From Octopus sinensis (taxonomy: Eukaryota): a stretch of 64,000 nt of DNA. This document shows, in pieces, positions 12,393-23,460 of the stretch. The notes beneath the pieces are model-generated. The model was given only the letters and a program-made list of their open reading frames with translations. It was not told the DNA's origin and made no database searches. A program made the translations under genes and the position numbers. Each line of letters begins with the position of its first letter. The stretch's first letter is position 1. The stretch lies in NCBI RefSeq assembly GCF_006345805.1, contig NC_043010.1, positions 28,520,001-28,584,000 of the forward strand, written 5' to 3'.

Positions 12393-15300
12393 CATACATA
12401 CATACATACAAACATAAATACATACATACATATATATATGGAGAGAGATAGAGAGATTCACACACATAAGTGTTTGTGTGTGTTTAAAGAAAGATATATG
12501 AGTTAGTTGTATTTGGTCAGACTATATATTCCAAGTTCAATTTCCTTCTGAGTCGACTTCACTTCCATACCTTTCGGTCCATACATTATACCTGCCAAAT
12601 TTAAGACACATTTACAATATTTCAAGGCAAAAGTCTCACTTAAAAATTCAAAAATATAAATCCCATTGTAAGGGAAGGAACACTAACAACTAGCATTAGG
12701 GAAAGTAGCAAACACTTCAAATTGCCTCCCTTACGCAACAAGAAACGCAACTCTTGCCTGGCAATTGTTTAAATATACTCTCCCTTTGAAAATAATGGCC
12801 ATAATTATAAACTACTCTATACCCAATTTTTGTGGAGCCGTACTCCATCGCAAGGATTAAAAGGGTATTAATTGGGTTAAGAATCTACCCTTCTCTGATG
12901 GATATATTGAATCGTTTCCTTTCTACACAACAGAACTTAATAGTATAGGTTGTTTTCCCTTTCTCCAATCGATGTCAATACGAAGATGATAACCTCGGTT
13001 CAAGATGATTCCATCGGGATGACTATATTCACACACCTTTCCCCAATTCTGGAGAAGTGGGGAGGAAAAACATGAGGGTGGAACACACTTCCTTGGAAAG
13101 AAAAACTTTGTCAATCGTCGTGCACTTTGCAGATGATGGAGTAGTCCCTGATATGCGTAGGGTCAGAGCACTGATGATATCTATGGACCTGTTGTGAGCG
13201 GCACTCATTTTCATGTTGACCAATTTACGTTGACGCTGGTCCTGGCACTGTTTCGATAGACTTGGTTCAGCCAGGCGCGACTGGTATCCAGTGTCTGCCA
13301 TAGCGTTGTGACGAATAACTTGAGTCGGCCGTGAAAGGGGAGTGGCGAAACCTGATGCCTTCCTGGCAAGTGTGTAGTCTTAAACGAAGGCAGTGACGAA
13401 AGAATGGGGGCGGAAGAACCTTTTCCTCAGGAATCGCACGGTTCATTATATACATAGTGATCAAGAATTAATGCTTGGGTAGAGGATTCGTTAGGGAGGT
13501 CGACCAGAAGCCATAGGCTGTTGAATATTGCAGAAGTGTGGTCTTCCGTGTCGGCTGCAATGATTTGAAACCTGCCGTTGAAACGGAGTTATCGGCGGAA
13601 GACACTCTCATGATTATACAGGATGACACACCTAGCGTATTTCTGTTTTCTACAGTGACTGTAGGGGTTTGCAGTGAGTGTATCACGGAGTTTGTCAGGG
13701 TTGTCAGCTCCTAGTTCTTATATTAACTAGAATCCGCGGTGATTAGGTAGTTCTGGGGCTGAGCGTTGTCCACTTCCTTTTGATCGACGTACTTTGGAGC
13801 TCCTTCCAATGTCATGTCTAACTTGGAGTCACCCATGGTGTCAAGGCGTATCTCCTCGTCCTCCGACACATTTAGAAGAACATCGCGAACTATGATGTCC
13901 AAGAGGCATTCCACTTTGAGGTTGCACACTGCCATCGACGACATGCAGCCAATATTCTAACAGGTTCGTCCCGATCCAGGCGCATTTGTCCTTCCTGCAC
14001 ACGAACGACCATCACATTTTCTTCGCAGACAAACATGGACGTAATGTCAGTGAGGGCAGTTTGCTCATCACTTGAGGCCAACGCACCGAACGTCCATGTG
14101 AAATCTTTTCTGAGTGTCCCGTTGCAGCATTCGAGAGGCTGAAAGACTACTTCGTTACATCTAATTCCACTAGCATGTGTATAGTCTGAACATCTCAGCT
14201 CAAAGTTAGCCCACTTCTTGCTAGTTCCAGCTGCGGAGGTGACGGGGCGGCGAACCTTCTCGGATTGGACTTTCATTGGAGCTGCCTGTTGCCAGGCATT
14301 CCGATGGGCAGTGATGTCTACAAAGCAAAGCAAGGGTTAGAAGCAAAAAATGATCAACGAATAAAATTGTAACTGCTAGTGGAAGGAGAATTCTCGAATT
14401 CGCGAACATTACGGTAGAATGTAGAAACAGTTCTGTTTCCTACTTCTTTAACTACCATTTCGTTTCTTCTGAATCTCACAAACAAGGTCGAAAAAAACAT
14501 TTCAACCACACATAAATAACAGGAGGTATCAGAAATATCTTCTCCTTATTCACGAATATGTGTAACAGGAAATTACTATATCCTTGATTAACAGTAGAAG
14601 AGCTACATGTTGCCGTCCTTGCTTACATTTCTCCTATTGTAGTAAGGAATGAGGCATGGTTGAATATTTGTTAACAGGGGACGTGATATATAACAAGAAA
14701 TCTTCTACTTCACGAAAGGAACAAGACTTATTAGGAAAGTACAGAAATGGAGGCGACAAGGTGAACGACGAGTAGCAGATATAAGACGAGCAAGGTGACC
14801 CTATGTCGAAGTAATCGTGTACAAGAAAGAAGACGAAGACACGACGAACCCTATAGCCCTAACACTAAACCTCACGCTAAGACACATACATGCATGCATG
14901 CATGCATACATACATACATACATACATACATACATACATACATACACACATACATATAGATACACACGCAATACACACGTGCGCACACGTACAAACGCCC
15001 AACACAAACACGTACACGCACACATACACCTTAACGAAAACAATACACTACACACACACATGCAGATATATAGATATATCCACAAACTCGTGTGCGTGTA
15101 TTAAAGAAAAATACATGAGATAATTTTATATTTTGTCAGACTTTATGTTCCGAGTTCTAATACCGTCTGATTCGGCTTCACCCCCAAACCCTTGGGTCCA
15201 TACATTATTCCAGCCACATTTCAGATATTTCAAGGCAAAAATATCACTTAAAAATTCAAAAATATAAATTCCTTTGTAAGGGAAGTAACACTAACATCTA

Positions 15301-15835
15301 AGATTTGTGAAAATACCAAGACTTCTTTTCAAGTTACCTCCCTTGGAATCAAGAAAAACAACTCTTGCCATGACACGTGTGTAAATATAATCCCCCTTTG
15401 AAAACGATGGTCATAATTATAAACATCTTTATACCCAATTAAATGGGTTAAGAACTTGCCCGTCTCTCATGGATACATTGAATCGTTTCCTTTCTAGACA
15501 ACACAACGTAATAGTATAGGTTGTTTTCCCTTTTTCCAATCGATGTCAATATGAAGCAGATAACATCGCTTCGATATGTTTCCGTCGTGATGCCTACATT
15601 TCCACACTTTTCTCCAATTCTGAATAATTGCGGATGAATAACATGAGGGTGGTACACACTTGTTTGGAGTAAAAAATGTTTGTCAGTTGAAGGAGTGATG
15701 TACACAAATTAGCGACTCGTGAACTTCGCACATGACGGAACAGTCCCAGATATTCGTAGGATCAGGGCACCGATGATATTAATGGAGCTGCTCTGAGCGG
15801 CACTCATTGTTATGTTGACCACTATGGCCATAAAC
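11537..15835 (-). repeat. Tandem array of ~2.7-kb units (one complete, two partial)
   Basis: 11537-12240 matches 14228-14865 and 12490-13230 matches 15110-15825. The ATG contexts at 11716 and 14409 are about 2.69 kb apart. Confidence 0.9.
12500..14409 (-). pseudogene. Decayed intronless gene with a signal peptide, tentatively IgGFc-binding-domain (FCGBP N-terminal-like) protein
   Basis: Hydrophobic start MFANSRILLPLAVTILFV. Across frameshifts: YLITADSS, RFQIIAADTEDHT, TTLLQYSTAY..STSLT, EPCDS-EEKVLPP, VNIVIP, GIILN..IDW, GY..VYNYGH, which follow the motif order I recall for IgGFc_binding domains. Many stops. Confidence 0.45.
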
Positions 15836-15914
15836 TTAAACCTCACCCTAACACACATAAATACATACACACATGTACACGCGCGCAATATACATACGCA
15901 CAAACATACCTGCG

Positions 15915-17372
15915 TGGGGTTGGGGTTGGGGTTGGGGTTGGAGTTGGGGTTAAGGTTAGGGTCATGGTCAGGGTCAGGGTTTGGGTAGAGTTAGGGTTAG
16001 GGTTAGGATTAGGGTTATGGTTAGGGTTTGGGGTTAGGGGTTGGGGTTGGGGTTGGGGTCAGGGATAGGGTTAGGGTTAGTGTTAGGGTTAAGGTTAAGG
16101 TTAGGGTTAGGGTTAGGGCAAGGGTTAGCGTTAGGGTTAGGTTTAGCATCCGGGTTAGGGTTAGAGTTAGGGTTAGAGTTAGGCCTAGGGTTAGGGCTAG
16201 GGTTAGTGTTAGGGTAAGGCTTAGGGCTACGTTTAGGGCAAGGGAGTAGGGTTAGGGTTAGGGTTTAGGTTTAGGGTTACGGTTTGTGTTAGGGTCAGGG
16301 TTAGGGTTAGGGGTTAGGGTTTGGCTTAGGTTTAGGGTTCGGGTTAGGGGTTAGGGTTAGGTTTAGTGATAGGGTTTGGGTTAGGGCTAGGGGTTAGGGT
16401 AAGGGTTAGGGCTACGTTTAGGGTAAGGGAGTAGGGTTAGGGTTAGGGTATAGGTTTAGGGTTACGGTTGGTGCTAGGGTTAGGGTTAGGAGTTAGGGTT
16501 AGGCTTAGGCTTAGGCTTAGGTTTAGGGTTCGGGTTAGGGGTTAGGGTTAGGTTTAGTGATAGGGTTTGGGTTAGGACTAGGGGTTAAGGTTAGGGTTAG
16601 AGGGTTAGGGTTAAGGTAAGGGTTAGAGTTAGGGTTAGAAGTTTGGGTTAGTGTAAGGGTTAGGGTGAGGGTTAGGATCAGCGTTAGGGTTAGGGGTTAG
16701 GTTTAGTGATAGGGTTTGGGTTAGTGCTAGGGGTTAGGGTTAGAGGTTTAGGGTTTGGATCTGGGTTAGGGTTAGGGTTAGGGGTTAGGGTTAGGGTTAG
16801 TGTTAGATTTAAGGTTCGGGTTAGGGGTAGGGTTGGGGTTCGGCTTAGAGTTGGGGTTAGGGTGAGCATTAGAGTTTAGGGTTAGGAGTAGGTTTATTGT
16901 TAGGGTTCGGGTTAGGGTTACAGTTAGTGTTAGAGTTTTGGGTTAGGGATAGGGTTAGGGTTAGAGTTAGGGTTAGGGTTAGAGTTAGGATTAGGGTTAG
17001 GGGTTCGGGCTAGGGTTAGGGTTAGGGTTCGGGTAAGAGTTAGGGTTAGGGTTAGGGTTTGGGTTAATGTTAGGGTTAGGGTTAGGGGTAGGGTTAGGGT
17101 TTTGGGATAGGGTTGGGGTTAGGGTTAGGGGTTGGGGTTAGGTTTATGGTTAGGGTTAGGGTTAGCATTACGTTTACTTTTAGGATTAGGGTTAGGGCTA
17201 CGGTTAAGGTTAGGGTTAGGGTTAGTGTTAAGGGTAAGGGTTAGGGTTAATGTTAGGTTTAGGATTAGGGTTAGGGTTAGGGTTAGATTTTTGGTTAGGG
17301 TGAGGGTTAGCGTTACGGTAAGGTTTAGGGTTAGGTTTAGTGTTAGGGTTTGGGTTAGGGTTAGGGTTAGTG
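15915..17372 (+). repeat. Degenerate interstitial telomeric array, G-rich strand (TTAGGG)n
   Basis: TTAGGG dominates, with TTAGGT, TTAGTG, TAAGGG, TTTGGG and TCAGGG variants. Confidence 0.95.
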
Positions 17373-17599
17373 TATATTATAAATATATATAAATACATAT
17401 ATATATAATATATATAAAAACATATATATATAAATACATATATATTATATATATGTATATAATATATTATGTATTTTATATATATATATATTATATATTA
17501 TATATTATATATACAGGTTTTATTATATATATGAATTTATATATATATGTTTTATATATATATATATTTATATATATATATGTATCTATATATATTTGT

Positions 17600-17665
<66 letters not shown>

Positions 17666-17699
17666 ATAATATGCATGTATCTATATACATTTATATATA
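17373..17699. repeat. (TA)n-rich junction between the two opposed telomeric arrays
   Basis: About 330 bp of nearly pure A/T, exactly where array polarity switches. Confidence 0.92.
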
Positions 17700-20600
17700 A
17701 ACCCTGATCCTAACCCCTAACCCTAGCCCTACCCCTAACTCTAACCCTACTCCTAACACTTACCCTAACCCTAACCATAAACCTAACCCTAAATCTAACA
17801 CAAAACATAAACCTTAAGACTTAAGACATAACACTAACCCTAACCCTAAACCTAACCCCAACCCTAACCCTAACCCAAACGCTAAACCTAACCCTAACAC
17901 TAAACCTTACCCTAGCCCTAACCATAACCCTAATCCTAACACTAATCCTACACTAAACCTAACACTAACCCTAACCCTTACTCAAACCTAGCCCTAAACC
18001 TAACCCTAACTCTAAACGCAAACGCTAAGCCTAACACTAAACCTAACCTTAACCCTAACCCTAACCCAACACTAACCCTTACCCTAACCGCAATCCTAAC
18101 ACTTACCTTTACACAAATCCTAACACTAATCCTAACCCTAACCCTAAACTTACCCTAACACTAACCTAACCCAAACCCTAACACCAACACCAAACCTAAC
18201 CCTAACTCTAACACTAAACCTAATCCTAAACCTAACCGTAACATTAACCCTAACTCTAACCCTAATTCAAACACTAGCCCTATCTGTAAACCTAACTCTA
18301 ACCCTAACTCTAACCATAACCCTAACCTGAACCTTAACACTGACACTCCCCTAACACTAACCCTAACCTTAACCCGAACCCTAACCCAAACCCTAACCCC
18401 TAACCCTAACCATAACCCTAACCCAAACAAAAACCCTAACACTAACACTACCCTAACCCTACCCTAAACTTAACACGAATACTAACCCTAAACATAGATC
18501 CTAAACCTAACCCAAACCCAACCCTAAACCTAACCCTAACCCTAACCCTAAACCTAGCCCTAACCCTAACCTAAACCGAACCCCTAACGCTAACACTAAC
18601 CCTAACCCTTACCCTAACCAAAACCCAAACCCTAACCCTAACCCTAACCCTAATGCTAACCCAAACCCAAACCCTAAACCTAAACCTAACCCTAACACTA
18701 AACCTAACTCTAGCCCTAACCCGAACCCTAACCGTAACACTAAGCCTAATCCTAACCCTAACCCTAGCCCTAAACCTAACCCAAACCCTTATCCTAAACC
18801 TAATACTAACCCTAGCCCTAACCCAAAACCTAACATTCACCCTAACCCTGAACCTAGACCTAGCTGTAATCCTAATGAGAACCCTAACCCTAACACTAAC
18901 CCGAACCCTAACCCTTCGATCTAACCCTAAACCTAATCCTAACCCTAACCATATCCGTAACCCTAACGCTAACCCTAACCCTAAGTGAACCCGAACCCGA
19001 ACCCTTGCCCTAATTCGAAACCTAACCCTAACCCTAACACTAAATCAAACGCTAAACATGACACTAAGCCTAACACTAAACCAAGCCCTAACCGAAACCC
19101 TAACCCAACCCTAACCCTAACCCCAAACCCTAACACTAACCCTAACCCTAACCCTAACCCTAAACTTCAACCTAACCATAACCCTAACACTAAACCTAAC
19201 CCAAACCATAAACCAAACCCTAATCCTAACCCTAACCCTATCCGTAACCCTAACGCTAACCCTAACCCTTGCCCTAAACCTAACCCTAATCCTCACCCTA
19301 ACACTAACCAAAACCCTAACCCTTACACAAACACTAACACTAAACGTAACCCTAACCTTAACCCTAATTCAAAGCCTAACCCTAACCCTGGCCCTAACCC
19401 TAACATTAACCCTAACCCTAACACAAATCCTGATGCTAACCATGACCCTAACCCTAACCCTAAACCTAACCCTAAACCTAACCCAAACCCTAACCTTAAA
19501 CCTAAACCTAACCCTAACTCGGACCATAACCCTAACCCTAAACCTAAACCTTGGGCTAAACCTAACCCTAATCGTAACCCTAACCCTAACCTAACCCTAA
19601 ACCTACCCCTAACCCGACAACTAACCCTAACTGTAACACAGAAACTAAACCTAACCCCTAAGGCTAACCCTAGCCCTACCACTCACCCTAAACCTAACCC
19701 TGTCTCTAGACCAAACGCACAAAACTAACCCTAAACCTAACCCTAAACCTAACCCAAACCCTAACCTTAAACCTAAACCTAACCCTAACTCGGACCATAA
19801 CCCTAACCCTAAACCTAAACCTTGGGCTAAACCTAACCCTAATCGTAACCCTCACCCTAACCCTAACCCTAAACCTACCCCTAACCCGACAACTAACCCT
19901 AACTGTAACACAGAAACTAAACCTAACCCCTAAGGCTAACCCTAGCCCTACCACTCACCCTAAACCTAACCCTGTCTCTAGACCAAACGCACAAACCTAA
20001 CCCTAAACCTTACCCTAACCCTAACCCTGACCCTAAACCTAACACAAACCCTAACCCTAAACCTAACCCTAAACCTAAACCAAACCCTAACCCTAACACT
20101 AACCCTGACCCTAACACTAACTCTAAACCTAACCCTAACCAAAACCCTAAACCTAACCCTCACCCTAACCCTAAACATAACCCTAACCCTAAACCTAACC
20201 TAACCCTATCCATAACCCTAACCCTAACCTTAACCCGATCCCTAGACCTAACACTTAAACCAAACCCTATCACTTACCCTAAACCTAACCCCGACCCTAA
20301 CCCTAAACCTAAACTTAACCCTAACCCTAACCCTAACCCTAAACCTAACCCTAACCCTAACCCTAACCCTAAAACTAACCTTCACTCTAACCCTAATCCT
20401 AACCCTTACCCTAAACCTAACCTTCACTCTAACCCTAACCCTAACGCTAGCCCTAACGCAAACCCTAAACCTAACCCTACCCCTAACATTAACCCTAACC
20501 CTAACACTAACAGTACCCAAACCCTCACCCTTAACCCTTACCTACCCTATCCCTTGCCCTATCATTTACCCTAACACTTACCCTTGCCCAAAACCCTAAA

Positions 20601-23460
20601 CCTAACCCTAACCCCAACCCTAACCCTAGCGCTAAACTTAACGCTAGCCCTAACCCTAAACCTGACCCTAACCCTAACCTAACCCTTAATCCTAACCCTA
20701 ACCCTAACACTAAACCTAACCTTAAAGCTAACCCTAAACCTAACCCTAACCCTAACCCTAAAGCTAACCCTTACCCTTACCCTAAACCTAACCGTAAACC
20801 TAATACTAACCCTAACCCTAACCCTAAACGTAACCTTAACCTTAACCCTAACCAGACTCCTAACCCTAACTCTAACATTAGCCCTAACCCAAACCCTAAC
20901 CTTAACCCTATGCCTAACCCTAAACTTAAAACTAACCCTAAACCTACACCAAAACCTAACCCTAGACATAACCTTAACCTAACGCTAACCCTAACCCTAA
21001 CCATAAACCAAACCCTAGCCCTAACCCTAAACCTAACACTAATCCTAAACTTTAACATAACCCTAACCCTAACTCTAACACTAACCTAACCCTTACCCGT
21101 ACCCTAACCCTAAACCTAACCCAAACCCTAACTCTAACCCTAACCATAACCCTAACCCTGAACATAACCCTAACCTTAACCCTTAACCTAACCCTAACCC
21201 TAACCCTAACGCTAACACTAAATCTAAACCCTAACCTTAGCCCTAAACCTAACCTTAACCCTAACCCTAACCCTATCCGAAACCTAACCCTACCCTAACC
21301 CTATAACTAACCCCAACCCTAAAACTAACCCTACCGTAACCTAACCCTAATCTAACCCTAACGCTAACCCTAACACAAACCCTAACACTACCCTAACCCT
21401 AATCCTAACGCTAACCCTAACGCTAACGCTAGCCCTAACCCTAACCCTAACCCTAACCCTAATCCAAACCCTAATCTTGACCCTAGCCCTTCACCCTAAA
21501 CCTAGCCCTAAACCTAAACCTAACCCCTAACGCTAACCCTAACTCTAACCCTAACCCTAACCCTAGCCCTAACGCCAAACGCTTTCCCTAATCCTAACCC
21601 TTATAGCTAACACTAACCCTAACCCTAACACTAATCCTAACCATAAACCTAATCCTAACCTTATCTCCAACCCTAATCCTATCCCTAATCCTGACCCTAA
21701 CACTAAACCCTATCCGTAGCCGAATCCTTACGCTAACCCTAACCCTAACCTTAAACCTAACCCTACCCTTTACCCTAAACCTAACCCTCGCCCTAACCCA
21801 TACCCTAAACATAATCATAACTCTAACCCTTAACCTTAACCCTAACCCTAACACTAACCCTAACCCTAAGCCTAACCAAAACCCTAACCCTAATGTAAAC
21901 ACCTTACCCTAACCCTAACCCTAACCGAAACCCTAACCCGAATTCTAACACCTTACCCTAACCCTAACTCTACCCTAACTCTAAATCTGAACCTAACCCT
22001 TCCATTAACCCTAACACTAACCCTAACCCTAACCCTAACTCCTAACCCTAACCCTAACCTAACCCTACCCTAACTCCTAACCCTAACCCTAACCTTAAAC
22101 CTAACCGTAATGCTGACCCTAACCCTAACCTAACCCTTACCCGTACCCTAACCCTAAACCTAACCCAAACCCTAACTCTAACCCTAACCATAACCCTAAC
22201 CCTGAACATAACCCTAACCTTAACCCTTAACCTAACCCTAACCCTAACCCTAACGCTAACACTAAATCTAAACCCTAACCTTAGCCCTAAACCTAACCTT
22301 AACCCTAACCCTAACCCTATCCGAAACCCTAACCCTACCCTAACCCTATAACTAACCCCAACCCTAAAACTAACCCTACCGTAACCCTAACCCTAATCTA
22401 ACCCTAACCCTAACCCTAACACAAACCCTAACACTACCCTAACCCTAATCCTAACGCTAACCCTAACGCTAATGCTAGCCCTAACCCTAACCCTAACCCT
22501 AACCCTAATCCAAACCCTAATCTTGACCCTAGCCTTTCACCCTAAACCTAGCCCTAAACCTAAACCTAACCCCTAACGCTAACCCTAACTCTAACCCTAA
22601 CCCTAACCCTAGCCCTAACGCCAAACGCTTTCCCTAATCCTAACCCTTATAGCTAACACTAACCCTAACCCTAACACTAATCCTAACCATAAACCTAATC
22701 CTAACCTTATCTCCAACCCTAATCCTATCCCTAATCCTGACCCTAACACTAAACCCTATCCGTAGCCGAATCCTTACGCTAACCCTAACCCTAACCTTAA
22801 ACCTAACCCTACCCTTTACCCTAAAACTAACCCTCGCCCTAACCCATACCCTAAACATAATCATAACTCTAACCCTTAACCTTAACCCTAACCCTAACAC
22901 TAACCCTAACCCTAAGCCTAACCAAAACCCTAACCCTAATGTAAACACCTTACCCTAACCCTAACCCTAACCGAAACCCTAACCCGAATTCTAACACCTT
23001 ACCCTAACCCTAACTCTACCCTAACTCTAAATCTGAACCTAACCCTTCCATTAACCCTAACACTAACCCTAACCGTAAACCTAATCCTAACCTTAACCCT
23101 AAACCTAACCCTAACCCTAACCCTAACCCTTAAACCTAACCGTAATGCTGACCCTAACCCTAACCCTTGCCCTAACCCTAACCCTAACACAAACCGTAAC
23201 CCTAAACCTAAACCCAAACCCTAACTCTAACCCCACTCCCTTACCCTAAACGTAGCCCTAACCCTTACCCTAACACTAACCCTAACCCTAGACCTAACCC
23301 TAGTCCTAACACTAAGCCTAACCCTAACTCTAACCCTAACCCTAACCCTTACCCTAACCCTAACCCTAACCTTATCCATAACCCTAACCCTAACCCTACC
23401 CTAGACCCTAACCCGAACGCTAAGCCTAACCCTAACACTAACCCTTGCCCTAACCCTTGC
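17700..23460 (-). repeat. Degenerate interstitial telomeric array, (CCCTAA)n on +
   Basis: 5.8 kb of CCCTAA and variants, with internal 272-bp and 1046-bp tandem duplications. Confidence 0.95.

Noticed and set aside
13126-13137. FADD reverse-transcriptase motif on the + strand
   Set aside because: The paralogous copy reads FAHD, both copies share nearby stops in that frame, and no other RT motifs flank it.
16028-23217. VR-, GL- and PN-repeat ORFs as genes
   Set aside because: These are direct translations of TTAGGG/CCCTAA. Dipeptide products of telomeric RNA have been reported in mammals, but nothing here supports expression.
15915-23460. True functional chromosome ends
   Set aside because: Non-telomeric sequence continues on both sides and perfect TTAGGG runs are short. 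Only a scaffolding join would make them terminal, which needs spanning reads to exclude.
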